Below, one piece after another: positions 35,710 through 49,773 of a DNA stretch of 64,000 bases. Source of the stretch: Prasinococcaceae sp. CCMP 1430 (taxonomy: Eukaryota; Plantae; Prasinodermophyta); the NCBI GenBank assembly GCA_013416795.1, contig RQSC01000004.1:208787-272786 (forward strand), read 5' to 3'. The first letter of the stretch is position 1. Every line of letters begins with the position of its first letter. The position numbers were made by a program, and so were the translations under genes. Under the pieces are notes generated by a model. It was given only the letters and a program-made list of their open reading frames with translations, did no database searches and was not told the DNA's origin.

Positions 35710-36834
35710 TCACATGTCCTTGCTCTCGAGCTTCCGCCCATAGATGACGTACCTGCACGAGCGCACGCGCAGTCGCATGGCGTGGAGTAGGCGGTCAGAT
35801 GGCGAAACTGGAGCACACAGCCGCCGCTACGCGGCGCAAGCTGGATCAAAGAGAGCGGACGGGCGAGCGCAACATACATGGGATCGGATGCCCCAGGGTT
35901 CGGGGAGATGTCGTCCGCCATGGGGTCGGAGAGCTGCGGTGCTGGCGTCAGCGACGGCGGACGAAGGCGTTCGAGGCGAGCTGTTGGTGCCACGCGCGCG
36001 CGATCTGACTCAAACGCACAGCACGCATAGCACGCGCATGCTCGTACCTTCGGCTCGAACCGGAAGTAGCTGCCAACTATCAAACAGTGATCGGCGTCGG
36101 TGGTTTGGTTCCAAATGCCGATAACCTTGGTGGGAAAGCACCTATTCGAGAAGCTGCAGGCCGCCATGCCCCCGGGCTTGAGGACGCGGCCAATCTCTGC
36201 GAAGACTTCCTGCGGGCGGCACAGGTAGTCCACGCTGACGGCATTTGTGACGAAGTCGAAAGAGTTGTCCTCGAATGGCAGGGTGGGATCCTCGTTGAGG
36301 TCCTGCGGCGAAGAGAGTGTGTCAGCGATGGCACGCAGACGGACGGGCGGACAGCGCGCGCGCGACACGCACCTTGACAACAAACTCCGTGAGCTGCTTG
36401 TTGCGCTTGAGCTCCTCCTCGTTCATGCCCAGGCCGACGACACGTTCGGCGGAGTAGTCCTCAGGGTAGTGCGAGATCCAGCTGGAGCACATGTCGAGCA
36501 CTGCGACGTCGTCACCCCTCGGCAGCATCTCTCCATACCACCTCGTGAGAGCGCCAATTGCGAAGTCGTCGATGTGCGTGCAAAAGCGAGGCTGCGCGTA
36601 GAAGTCGAAGTCAGAGCTCTCGTCCATGCGCTTGAGATCGGCGGGGCCGAAGGGAAACTCCTCAGGCCAGGTGATGTCCGCATAGAGCTCCTCGCCGAAC
36701 TTGCCCGTCGCGAGCTGCGCGGCGCCACTCGCCCCGCCGGCTGCGGCAGGGCGGTGGCTGCCGGCCGCGCGGCGCATACCCAGGCGTGGGGCGCGGTGCG
36801 CAGCACGCGCGGCAACCGCTAGCGCCACGCTCAT
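35710..36834 (-). CDS. Plastid-type SAM-dependent methyltransferase (Methyltransf_11), 4 exons
   Basis: Transit-peptide-like start, DESSDFDFYAQPRF.THIDD, LDMCSSWISHYP, GLGMNEEEL, DLN..P.LPFEDNSFD, SVDYL, RVLKPGG, FSNRCFPTK; the last exon gives DPMYVIYGRKLESKDM*. Confidence 0.9.
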
Positions 36835-37576
36835 CTCGCCCCCGTCGCCAAGCGCGTGCGCTGCGCCGTTGCCCGCCTGCCGTGGACGCGCGCGTGTGGC
36901 AGCGGCGCGCGCGCGCGCGATCCGCTCAGGGCATATCAAAACGCATCTCTGCGTGTGCGCACATCAAATTCAATCAATCCGTTGAGCGGGTGCGATTTGA
37001 TACTGTTTCCATAAAAAAGCATCATATGAGTGGCCATAGCATTCGAATTGATGTGCATGGCCCTCTGCGCATGCGTTTTGATTGGGCCGCGCATCGCCGC
37101 CAGATTTGGCACCGGCAGCCCCCGCCGGGGCGCGGGACTCCCGCCGCACGAGCGGCCGAGCGCGCAGTGGCGGCGCGCCGGGTTACGGTGCCCATGGCAC
37201 CTTCCCGCACCCCCTCGACCTCACCGGCACGCGCGTCCTAGGGTCGGCTCCGCAGCCTCGTCTCAGCCTGCTTTGCGGGCGCCACCCCCATCCCTCGAGG
37301 GGGGTGGGAGCGCGCGCGCCCCGCCGCGCGCAAACTTCGGGCGGCGAGCGCACCCATGGGGCGCACGGCTGGTCGCTGGTGCATGGGCGCGCGGGCGCCC
37401 GAGCCGACGCAGCCGACGCAGCGGGTGCACACGAGCGTGCAAACGCGAGTCCTTTCTCGTTCGGCGCGCTCGCTCGCTCATGCCGCTCTCGAGGGCGTGG
37501 TAGCGATGGCGGGCGCACACAGCGCGCGCGCGACGCGCCGGCGGCGGCCCGGTGGCCGCGCAGAGGGGCGCAGCGG

Positions 37577-39242
37577 ATGGAGTCCGCAACGTTGGCCCCT
37601 GCCCCACCGCTGCCGCCAGTGCACGCGCACGAGTACCGTGACCAGCCGCAACGCCCGTCCGCGACAGTCGGAGAGGGGGGGGGAGCTGCGCTATCACCCT
37701 TGCCGGTGCACGGTCAGCAGCCCCCAGAGGCACCGCGCGCACAGCACATGCAGGCTTCCGGCAGCGGCAGCGGCGGCAGCGGGAATGGCATCGCCGCAGG
37801 CCTGGCGACTCGGGTGGGCGCCATGGCTGCTATCATGGGAGACGGTGGGGGAGGCGATGAAACGGGAGCTCCCGTTCCTCCCAGCATCATCCCCAGCACC
37901 GCCGAGGAGGGTGGCACGTCCACACCACCGCAGACCCCAAGCACCACCAAGTACCGCGGAGTCTGTCGCCACGCCTCGGGACGTTACCAGGCCAATCTGC
38001 GCGTGAAGGGCAAGCTCCTGCACCTCGGGCGCCATCGCACACCGGAGGACGCCGCGCGTGTCTTCGACCGCGCGGCGCTCTTTGCGCGCGGCGCGAAGCA
38101 AGCCAAAACCAACTTCCATCCAGCGGACTACCAGGTATGGCTCCAGGCCGTGCAGGGGAAGACCCTCGCGCAGGTGGCACAGATCCTTCGCGCGGAGTAC
38201 AGACCGCCAAAGAAGCCTGCGAAGGGGCGTGCGGCAGCGTCTGCGTACAAGGGCGTGTGGGCACACGCCAACGGTCGGTGGCAGAGCAACATTCGAGTGA
38301 ACAAAAAAGTCGTCAGACTAGGGACACACGCGCTCGAGGTCGCCGCCGCGCGCGCGTACGATCTCGCGAGCATCCGGCTGGACGCGCGAGCCGCCACCGC
38401 GGAGGGTGCGATCAACTTCCCCATCGCCGAGTACCAAGCTTCGGGCCAGCTCGCGCACGTTATGGGCATGAGCTTCGACGACCTCGTCAAGGTATGAGTA
38501 GAGCACGGCCCCACTACACGCGTGAGAAGAGCTCGCTCAACGTTCGCTGTCGTCATGTTAACCGCTGACTTGGACGCGTGCTCCCTGCTCCCTGCGCCCA
38601 TTTGTGCGAGCGCAGGTTTTGCGGGACCAAGGGCGCCGGTCCACGAAAGCCCCGCCGGTGACGACGGCGCCTGCAGCACCCGCCGTGGTCGCGGCTCCTG
38701 TGTTTCCGCAGCAACAGCAGCCGCCGCAGGGCGTCTACCTCACCGTGTACCCGCTCGCAGAGGGGCCTGGCGTCACGCCTGGTACTAGCAGTGGCGGCAG
38801 TGGGATGGGTAGCGGCGGAGGGGGTGGCAACACGCCCGTTGGGGGGGCGCCTCTGCCTCCGACACCCTCTCCTCTCGGCCCTGCGCATCCGCACGGTGCG
38901 GGCGGGCACGAGCACGTCCACAGTATGCCGAGGGATACACTCAGCGTCTTCTCGCAACTGCCACCGTGGACAGCGGCAGACCTCAATGCGATTGCGCTCG
39001 GTTCGACGCCGGGTGGCGTTGACGCGAGCGGGGGCATGCCTACTCTTGCCGAGGAGATTCAAATGACCCACCACACACACACACCCGCACCACTCATGCA
39101 GACCCTGCCCATGCCAGCGACACATGGGCCGCCGCCTGTGGTGCCGCCCCCGATGGCACCGCTCTCGCAGCTGCGTGCGCGCCGCGAGGGGCCGTCGCAC
39201 GTCACAGATGGACACGAGCACGCGCACTACGACCAGCATTAG
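37577..39242 (+). CDS. Double-AP2-domain transcription factor; intron 38492-38615
   Basis: KYRGV...GRYQA...LGRH.TPEDAARVFDRAAL...TNF and YKGV...GRWQS.I...LG....EVAAARAYDLA...INFP; P/H-rich C-terminus. Confidence 0.92.
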
Positions 39243-39357
39243 TATACCTCCCCTTCGACTTCATGCAACCATCGAGATCACTGCCAATAAGTCACTGACT
39301 CAATAGTGGAGCCAGCTCTAGAGAGAGTATGAGGCAATAAATAACATGTTTCACAGC

Positions 39358-40641
39358 TCATCGCTTGCGCTTAGCAGAAGCATCGCGTTTGCCGCCTGCC
39401 AGTGCGCTCACGGCTCCCTCCACTGCGACCTCAGCGCAAGCGAGTGGGTCGAGCGCGGGGTCGTACGCGAGCTCTTCCTCGCACACGCCCAACGCGCGCG
39501 CGAGGCGAGGCAGCACGTCGTCGGCACGCGCGCGGAGCACGATTGCCGCACGAGCGTCGTACTTGGTCCACTGCAGGTTGACGATAACGTACCGCGCACT
39601 TCTGCGCGGAAGCGTGCACGCGGGCGGTACCTTGAGGCTCGAACCAACCACCAACGAGAGGGGCGCGCGCGCAGAGAAATCTGCCGCGCGCGCGAGCCGC
39701 TCGGGGGGCAGGCGCTGGCCGAAGCGCACGATGGTGTCACGCCAGGTGCCCTCGCCACTCGCGCCGCATGACGGACACACGCGCGAGTCGCGTACGGCTC
39801 CTCGCGGAAGGCGCTTGCTCGCCCCTGCGTTGCTGCTGTTGCCTGCGCCCCTCCCATCGCTACTGCCGCCAGGAGCAGAATCGCCCGCGTCGCGTGCGCT
39901 CTGCGTATGGTCACCGTCCGCAACGTCTTGCACAGTGCTCACGCCCGCGTCTGCCCCGTCGCCCGCGGCGTAATACTCCTCCGCGAGCTCGCGCCCCGCG
40001 CTACCTGCCTCATGTGCGGTGCGCGTTCTGACGTGGCCGCATGCAGCGCAGCGCATGTCGTATACGCAGCCGTGTAGCTCGACGAGGCAAGCAGGTGGCG
40101 TGCCTGCGCGTCGGTGAAGCCCATCAACATTCTGCGTGGCGATCAGAGCAACGTTCCCGGCGCGCGCGAGCGCAGCGAGCGCCATGTGCGACGACGTTGG
40201 GCGCGCGGAGCCGAGGTCAACAGCGCCCGTGTGCGCTTTCCGGCCGAGCGTGCGCACACCGCCGGGTCCGCGATAGTCAGGAATGCCCGCGGATGTGGAC
40301 GTCCCAGCGCCTGTGTGCACGACGAGACCGCCTGCTGCACTCGCGTCGCGTGCGAGCGCCACGAGCGCCTCGATCTTTCGCTCGAGCTCTTCTGGCGGGT
40401 CTAAGGTCTCGCGAGTGCGCTCCTCATGCTGCGCGCGGTTCGCTGCCGCGCGGTTGCGCCGCTCGCGCTCGGCACGCAGCGCAGCCTCGGTTGCCGCTGC
40501 TCGGGCTGCACGCGCCGCCGTCGCGTTGCCCGCGGCCTCGGCGTCAAGTGCGGCGCGCGCAGCGCGGCGCGCGGCGGCGGCCGCTTCGCGCGCCTCGAGT
40601 GCCGCGCGCGCGGAGGCCTTACGCTCCTCGCGAGTCGGCAT
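39358..40641 (-). CDS. Class IV sirtuin (SIRT6/SIRT7/plant SRT1-like) NAD-dependent deacetylase
   Basis: HTGAGTSTSAGIPDYRGPGGV, TQNVDGLH, ELHG, CAAC/CPSC zinc ligands, RDTIVRFG, GSSLKV, IVNLQWT. Confidence 0.93.
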   Translation of the reverse strand: MPTREERKASARAALEAREAAAAARRAARAALDAEAAGNATAARAARAAATEAALRAERERRNRAAANRAQHEERTRETLDPPEELERKIEALVALARDASAAGGLVVHTGAGTSTSAGIPDYRGPGGVRTLGRKAHTGAVDLGSARPTSSHMALAALARAGNVALIATQNVDGLHRRAGTPPACLVELHGCVYDMRCAACGHVRTRTAHEAGSAGRELAEEYYAAGDGADAGVSTVQDVADGDHTQSARDAGDSAPGGSSDGRGAGNSSNAGASKRLPRGAVRDSRVCPSCGASGEGTWRDTIVRFGQRLPPERLARAADFSARAPLSLVVGSSLKVPPACTLPRRSARYVIVNLQWTKYDARAAIVLRARADDVLPRLARALGVCEEELAYDPALDPLACAEVAVEGAVSALAGGKRDASAKRKR

Positions 40642-40958
40642 GACACCTTCCACCCCCCTCTTCCTCGGACCGCATCTCGGGCGTGCGCAGTTCGCTCTGT
40701 GGCGAGCAGCGAAACGCGCTGTTCCGCGCACACGTGCGCGCGCCACACAGCGCGCTAGGAGGGCGCGAACGCGACGCTTGTACCACCCCCTTCCCTGGAA
40801 CCCAACGACCGCCCCGAACCCTGCCCCTCCCGCGCCCTGAGCGTGCGCGTACATTCGGGCACGTCGAGCGACCCCGAACTCCTCCGCACGCGCTCGCCCG
40901 CGTCGCGAGGGGAGGGGCGAGCGCGTGCCTCTGCGCCCGGGCCGTTTGCTCGCGCCCC

Positions 40959-41705
40959 ATGTCCGCGCTGCGTGTGGCCGTGTCAACAGCCTGGGCGTGG
41001 GGCTCGGCTGCGTGCGCGGCCGTCGCGGTCAATGACCTTCTGGTGAGCGTGGCACTCGCACCCGATGACTCGATGGCGCCCTCGGTACGCGCGGGCGACG
41101 CCGTGCTTCTGGACCGACTCACCGCGAAGCGCTTCAGCTACGAGCGCGGCGCGGCAGTCGCCGTGCGCTCGCCTGAGCGGCCGCGCGAAGTGCGGCTTCG
41201 GCGCGTGCTTGCGCTCGAGGGCGACTGGGTGGCGACACCCGGGCGCGACGACGTCGTGCGTGTGCCTCGCGGGCACTGCTGGGTGGAGAGCGACGAGGAG
41301 AGCGAAAGATGGGAGATGGACGCAAGCGATGGAAGCACCTGTGCCGGGTACGCGCACTCTGAGGGCACGCGTGCTCTCTTTCGCGGCAGACGTTCGCGCG
41401 TGTCTGAACGACGGTCGCACGACCGAGCACTTGCGCTCACGCGCATGTGTGCGCCCGCTCCGGATGTGGCTGACACGCGCCCACGCACCGACTCACGCGC
41501 GGCATCACTTTGCCCTCGCAGCGAGTCTCCTACAGCCGCGAGCGTCGCGTCGCACTCACAGGGTTTCAGCGGCCGGCTTGTTCCGCTCGCGCTCATCGAA
41601 GGCAACGTGGGTCCAGTGATATGGCCCCCCCAGCGCGCAGGAAGTTTTGGCGGGACCAAGGTGGCGGGCTCGTCGCGCGTCGTACGGCGCACTTACGACC
41701 GATAG
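40959..41705 (+). CDS. Mitochondrial inner membrane peptidase subunit (IMP2-like, S26); intron 41348-41569
   Basis: SMAPS, RG..V..RSP, RRVLALEGDWV, VPRGHCWVE.D, VPLALIEG....VIWPP.R; a phase-2 GTACGC...TTCAG intron removes a non-homologous insert. Confidence 0.85.
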   Translation: MSALRVAVSTAWAWGSAACAAVAVNDLLVSVALAPDDSMAPSVRAGDAVLLDRLTAKRFSYERGAAVAVRSPERPREVRLRRVLALEGDWVATPGRDDVVRVPRGHCWVESDEESERWEMDASDGSTCAGYAHSEGTRALFRGRRSRVSERRSHDRALALTRMCAPAPDVADTRPRTDSRAASLCPRSESPTAASVASHSQGFSGRLVPLALIEGNVGPVIWPPQRAGSFGGTKVAGSSRVVRRTYDR

Positions 41706-42005
41706 CTGGCGTACGGGCATGCGCGTGCATGCCCGCTCGCAGCGCGCGCGCGCGCACGTCGTAAGCCCGTGGCGGGTGCGTCTCACTCATATCTCTCTGC
41801 ACAGTGCTTATATTGCGTATACGTTCGGCGTCATTGCCACACTGTGTGCTGCCATCCTCTGCACGGCAACGCTCCGCGCTCGACTGAGGCACATCCTCCC
41901 GCACTCGTCTTCTCTCATCTTGCTCTCGCCCCTGGAGTCTCGCACGAAGTGCACGCGCTCAACAAGGAGGAGCGGCCGCGCGTGCCGCAGCTTCGCAGCA
42001 CCCAC

Positions 42006-42993
42006 TCAGCGGTAGCGCGGCCAGAGCGCTTTCGGAACGAGGCCCTTCGGCATGCGACGCAGCTTGTCGGCGCGCTTGGCGCCCGAATGCAAGAGGAAGA
42101 CCCCCGCCGCCCACACGGCGCCGAAGGCGAGCCTGCCGACCAAGCGGCGCACATATGTGTCCTTGTTGCGGGCCGGGGCTTCCTTGCTGGCAGCGAGGGC
42201 CTCCTCTGCAGCGTCGAGCGAGCTCTGGAGTTGCGTCTGGCGCGCCTCCAGAGTGTCCACCGCTCTCCACGCGTTCTTGAGGACCTCCTCAGTTGCTCGC
42301 GTCTCCTCCCTGCTTTCCGCGGCCTGCGCAGCCGCCTCGGAGGCGCTGGCCGCCAGGTCAGCGATTTTGGCGTCACGAATCGCAACCTGCTTGCGCAGCT
42401 CGGCGGCCTCCTCCAGCGCAGCTTTCGTCGCGACCTTGGCCTTCTCCAGCTGCCTGGCGAGCTTGGGCGAGGCCGCGCGCAGCGAGTGCTGGGATACACC
42501 TGCGGCCGCCTCTGCGGAGGCGCACGCTGCCACGGCCACGGTTGCAGTGGCGGTTTGCTTCTCGACCGCGTTTCGGGCGTGGTCGACGGCGCTCGAGGCC
42601 TGCGTCGTAGACTTGTAAACCTGCGTTGCACGTGTTTGGGTGCGTGGGGAGAGGGGTGGGGAAGGGGAAGGTGGAGGGGATGGCGGCGATGCTGTCAGCA
42701 CACCCTGCCTGCTTTGCTGCACCCCGCAGTGCTCGCTCGCTCAGGAGTGCTCGCGCGCACGACAGCGCACGCACCAGCGCCTTCTCCGTCTGTAGCGCGT
42801 GGATGCGCTGAAGGAGCACCCTGTTGAGCTCCCTGAGGCGGTCGACCTGCTTGGTCGCGTCCTCGGCGGCCGCGCTCGCAGCGCCGGCGAGCTCCTTCCG
42901 CTCGGCCGCGCGCGACTTGCGCTGCTCCTTGGCCGTCGGCGTGCGCACGTGCGCGCCGGCCGCCGCCGCGTTGGTGATGTCGCCGAGCGCCAT
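42006..42993 (-). CDS. Coiled-coil protein with a C-terminal hydrophobic (tail-anchor) segment, 2 exons; function unknown
   Basis: MALGDITN start, A/E/K-rich heptads, GTGCGT donor near 42775 and CAG acceptor near 42620, TM-like LAFGAVWAAGVFLL. Confidence 0.6.
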
Positions 42994-43562
42994 CGCGGCT
43001 CCCTCGTGCTCCCACGCAGCAGTCCCTTCCCTCCCTCTCACGCGCCGCGCGCGACCCGTGTGCCCCCTCCCCCACCCCCACCCCGCCGCGCCGTCAACCC
43101 CTCACGCTCGCGCGCTCCGTTCGGTTTCGCGTTGGGTTTCAAACGGCGCGCGGCGGCGGGAGCGCTGCCGTTTTTTCGCAGCGGCCCCGCGAGACGACAG
43201 GGCAACCCTGAAGAAGTTTCGAAACGGCAACGCGCGTCCACGTGTCAGCCATGAGACGTCGCGTTGATCACACGTGTAGTCCTGGTCTACCAGTACCATC
43301 AGGGTACACCATCAGACGGTGCTGTACGGTCGAAGGACCTGTTGCCCCGGTTGCCTGTGGCGTGTTTAGGATCACATTGGAGGGTTCATGTCACGGGCGT
43401 CGTCGCACGCGTCGCGACGCATCGAATGCGAGTGCGTGCCTGCGCGCGCGCGCGCCGCGCTGCGGGTGCGTTGCGTCCCGTGTCTGCGGCGCGCGCCCCG
43501 CGGGGCACATGCGCGTGTTGGTGTACAGGGAGATAGGTTACAACATGCGGTGGGCTGGCTGG

Positions 43563-44996
43563 TCAGCAGGGTGTCCTCGTGCCGCCGCAAGTCGCGGGGA
43601 GCACACCCTCGTCGACGAGCCATGCGAGGAACGCGCCCTCGAAGCCCGCCTCGGAGAAGCGCGCCGAGCGCACGCGCGCCTCCGCGGCCACGCGAGAGTA
43701 TTCGCGAGGCGCCATGGTGAGCACACGCGCGATGGCGTCGGCGTACTCCTCCTCCGTGCGCGCCAGGAAGCCCGCCTCGCCGCCCTCTCCGACGATGTCC
43801 TGCCTGGGCCCCGCCGAATCGTGCGCGATGGGGATGATGGCGGCCGCCATGAAGTCCACCACGCTGATGCCGAAGTGTTCGTCGAGCATGGTGTGCAGGC
43901 CGGCCGCCGCGCGACGCAGGAGGTCCCTCAGTTCCTCGAGCGGCACGTCCGCGAGCACCTGCACCTGCTCGGCCACGCCGAGCTCTTCTGAGAGAGCGCG
44001 CACCTCGCGCGCGCGGCGGGCGTCGCCCTCGTTGCGCGTTGCGCCCGCTACCGCGAGCCACCAAGCGTGCGTGTCCTGAACGCCCGCATCGCGCGCTCGG
44101 CGCAACGCTGCAGCAAACGCGCGCACCTGCAGGGGCTGGTCCTTCTCCGGCCGAAATTGTGCGACGGACAGCACCAGCCGCTCGCGCGGCCGAGCTGCGG
44201 GCAGCGCCGCAAGCGCGGCCGTGTCGCAAGGAGGGTACACAAGCCGCACGCCCCCGCGGCTCCGCCCACCGCTCCAGAGCGCCTCGATGTGCGCCCGGGT
44301 CCACGACGAGTTGGCCGCGACCGCGTGTGCACGCCTGCCGCATGCGCCGTATGCGGACGTGAGAAGCGAGTAGTACGCAAGCTTCGCGTGCGTGCCCAGC
44401 GCGGTGCGCGCGAGCGCGCCGCGGTTGTTGTAGATGCCAGCTCGGGCTCGCACACGCGCGATCATGTCGCTCGACACCGTAGGGTAGTGCACGTACGCAC
44501 ACACGGAACAGCCCGCAGCGGCGGCAAGCGGGTATCCGAAGGCGTAGCCGGCGGTGTCAATAAAGACGTCAGGGCACAGCCTGCACAACGCCTCGAGCGT
44601 CATGAGCACCGATCCGAGGGACTGGCCCAGCACGGTCGCGACTGGGTACCAGCGGTCCTCCACGAGCGCGCGCGTCCGCAGCGGCACGACACGCGGTGCG
44701 CGTGGCACACGCACGCCGAAGCGCTCGACCGCCCGCGTGGCCAGCTGCTCACCGGTGAGGCCATCGCCTGAGTACACCGCAACGTCCGCTTCAGGCCGCG
44801 CGCGCATGAGCGCCGCGACGGCCACCCACAGCACGCGCTCGCCGCCACCCCCATGGTTGGTGAATGGGTGTAGGAACGCGACGCTTCCGCGCGCAGCGCG
44901 AGCACGCCAGATCGCAACGGCGGCCGCCGCCGCCACCGCCGCCACGAGCGCAAGCGCGAGCGCGAGCGCCCCCCACGCCGCTCGCGCCATCATCAT
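43563..44996 (-). CDS. ALG11: GDP-Man:Man3GlcNAc2-PP-Dol alpha-1,2-mannosyltransferase
   Basis: N-terminal TM, FLHPF...GGGGERVLW, PDVFIDT.GYAF, YVHYPT.SSDM, NSSWT..H, YPPC, AQFRPEK, EHFGISVV, H.SAGP..DIV. Confidence 0.95.
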   Translation of the reverse strand: MMMARAAWGALALALALVAAVAAAAAVAIWRARAARGSVAFLHPFTNHGGGGERVLWVAVAALMRARPEADVAVYSGDGLTGEQLATRAVERFGVRVPRAPRVVPLRTRALVEDRWYPVATVLGQSLGSVLMTLEALCRLCPDVFIDTAGYAFGYPLAAAAGCSVCAYVHYPTVSSDMIARVRARAGIYNNRGALARTALGTHAKLAYYSLLTSAYGACGRRAHAVAANSSWTRAHIEALWSGGRSRGGVRLVYPPCDTAALAALPAARPRERLVLSVAQFRPEKDQPLQVRAFAAALRRARDAGVQDTHAWWLAVAGATRNEGDARRAREVRALSEELGVAEQVQVLADVPLEELRDLLRRAAAGLHTMLDEHFGISVVDFMAAAIIPIAHDSAGPRQDIVGEGGEAGFLARTEEEYADAIARVLTMAPREYSRVAAEARVRSARFSEAGFEGAFLAWLVDEGVLPATCGGTRTPC

Positions 44997-45239
44997 GGTG
45001 CTTAGCTCCAGCGCGGCGCTGAGCGCCAGCGCGTGGAGCGCGGCGGCGCGCGCTGCCTGGCAGCGCGCGCGGTGTGGGCCCGCGCAGCGATGTCGCCCAG
45101 CACCCAGAATAGATACATTTGGAAACGGTGTTGAGAATTGAGTTCAGGACTGAAGTCATAGTGTTACAAGGAGGCCCGCGCCAAGACAGGAGGCGCTCAC
45201 GACTCCATCGCGTCCGGCGCACCCCCGGCATCGCCCCCC

Positions 45240-47296
<2,057 letters not shown>

Positions 47297-48214
47297 GGCC
47301 GCCGTCGGGCGCTGGGGGGTGGGGGGCTGGGAGCGCGCGCGGTGCGCGGCGTGTGCCGCGACCGGCGCCCACCCGGGCCCGCGGGCGTCCGTCCCGCGCC
47401 CATGCGCTGCTGCGCTTTTCACGGTGCTGAATTCAAAGGCCTCCGCGCGTTGCGCATTGCCGTTCGATAGTGCCGCAGCGAAATCCCGCTTGCGGCAGAT
47501 GTCAACAACGCACCGCATCCGCATGCATGCATACAGACGGAGCCGCTCGGCGCTCCGCACACTTGGGGTTCCTGGACATCGAGCAGATACAGTGCTCGTA
47601 TCCGGAGTTGACGTGCGTATTTTGGGTAGGGTCCATATGTGGCCTCCGTCCCTTTCGATTTGATGTGAGGGCCCGGCGGCGCTCTGGCGCGTGCGCGTGG
47701 CGGCTGCGGCCGCCGGCCGCCGCGCTTGGCGGGAAACATTGCGGCGCGATATTTTTAGAGCGATTTTTTTTTGGTTTTTGGGGCGTGGGGTGTTGCCCTC
47801 CTTTTCTTGAACGAGTCTTGAGAGCACGCAGGGGAAGAAAAAAAATGGAGCACGCACGCACAGGCACGCGCCTGGCGCCGGGGGGCGGCCGACCCCCAAT
47901 CTCTTCGGGCCTCGCCAGCTGCTTGCTGCTTGGCCTCGTCTGCATCATGCCCAGGCCCGCACGCCCCACGTCCGCCGCGCCCGCGCGCCCGATCGGCACG
48001 CCCGTGCCATCGGGAGAAACCCTAAGCGGCCTAGGCAGCGCAGCGCCGGCCACCGGCGGCGCCGTGCCACCGACGCTCCTGAGGGCGACGTCGAGCGCCG
48101 CACGAGGCTCTCGACGACAGGTGTGAGGCGGAGAGACCCGCACTCACCCCCGCGCGCGTGCCCAGGCCACCCCCGCGCCGCCTTTCCAGTGGACCGCTGC
48201 CGGCCACTTTCGCG

Positions 48215-48477
48215 ATGTACCAGCAGCAGCAGCAGCAGCGCGGCGCCCCCGGGCAGCCCCGCCCGGTGAGTCGCCAGGAGCAGGTGGACCAAGCGACGAT
48301 GCAGATCGCGCCACAGGTCGCCGAACGCATGGTCGGCAGCGGCTTCATCCAGTTTCCGCCGCAGAAGCCGTTCCAGACACCCGTCGTCCAGCAGTCGACG
48401 CAGGGATTTGCCGGCAGCGTGCCGGCGCCGAGGCCGCAGGCAGTCGGTGGGGCCCCGCAGCGCCCGCCGCAGATGCA

Positions 48478-48512
<35 letters not shown>

Positions 48513-49528
48513 GGCCTCCGCAGGGCAGGCAGCCGCCGCAGCAGCAGTACCAGCAGCAGCAGCAGCCGATGCCGCCGCAGCAGCAGCGCCCGCCGATGGG
48601 CCAGCAGTACGGCGCACCTTCGCAGGGCTTCGCTGGGGCGCCGGCGCCGATGGCTGCGCCCAACGCCGCGTTCCCTGGCCAGTACTCGCAGTTCCCCGGC
48701 CAGCAGAGTGCCGCGCCACCCATGAGTGGCACGTACCCGCAGGGTGGCATGTATCAGCAGCAACAGGGCGGCCCTGCCCAACCGCCGCCGCCGACGTCGC
48801 TCGGCATGCCGCAGTACGCTGGCTTCAGTGCGCCGCCGTCGCGCGTCGCCAACGGGATGCCACAGCAGGCGCGCCCCCAGCCGCCCATGCCAGGCCAGTA
48901 CACCACCCCGATGGCGCCGCAGGCACGGATGCTGCAGCAGCCGCAAGCACAGCAGCAGCAGCAGCAGCAGCAGCAGCGCCGCCCGGCGCACAACCAGCCG
49001 CCGGCGGCCCAGCAGGCCGCTCGGGCGCCCCCCCAGCAGCCGCCGCCGCAGAAGGCGCCCCAGCAACGAGGTGCACCCCAGGGCGCGCAACGTGCACAGC
49101 AGGCAAACGGCGGTGCACGCGGCGGCCGTGGTGGCCGCGGCGGCCGCGGCGGCGCGCCTGCCCCCCCAGTGGCAAAGCCCGTAGCGCAGACTCCCAAGCC
49201 TCCTGCGCCGACCAAGCCGCTCACACCCCAGGAGCTGGTTGTCTCTCAGCTCGAGTCGATGGGCTTCGGACGCAACCGCGCGACGCGCGCGGTGCAGGCG
49301 TGCGGCCGCCTGGACGCCGGTACCGCCGTCAACTGGCTGATGGAGCGCATCGATGACCTGAGCCTGGACGCACCTCTACCGTCGGCGCACAGTGCCCCTG
49401 TCGCGGCGGCGGCCGCGCCAGCCGCGCCCGCAGCCGCGCCTGCCGGTCCACCCACGGCGGCTGGCGAAAAGAAGTCCAAGTCGCAGCTCAAGAGGGAGCG
49501 CAAGAAGAAGCGCGAAGGCAAGATGTAA
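48215..49528 (+). CDS. Gln/Pro-rich low-complexity protein with an RGG box and a C-terminal UBA domain
   Basis: PolyQ tracts, RGGRGGRGGRGG, UBA SQLESMGFGRNRATRAV...AVNWLME, basic tail. A possible upstream exon lies at 47946-48120. Confidence 0.75.
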
Positions 49529-49773
49529 CTCGGCCACGCCACCCAGCGCATGCGCAGCGAGTACTTCTGCTGCGGCCTTGGCCAACCCTGCGCTCTCGCG
49601 CGGCCACCTGCCCGAGCGAACGACAAAGGACGCATCAACTCCAAATTTGAAACTGCCACACACACGCTCGCGAGCTTGCCGCTGCGCCGCGCGAACCAAC
49701 GTACAAGGTGGAATTACTGTACAAATGCGCTGTCCCGGCCACAAGGCCGAAGCGGACACACCAGACACGCCCG

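Noticed and set aside
37577-39242. AP2 factor as substrate of the nearby PCO
   Set aside because: It has no Met-Cys N-terminus and is a double-AP2 protein, not an ERF-VII.
41808-42008. Same-frame ORF continuing after the coiled-coil gene's TGA (second readthrough case)
   Set aside because: The peptide has no recognisable features; it is probably 3' UTR left open by high GC.
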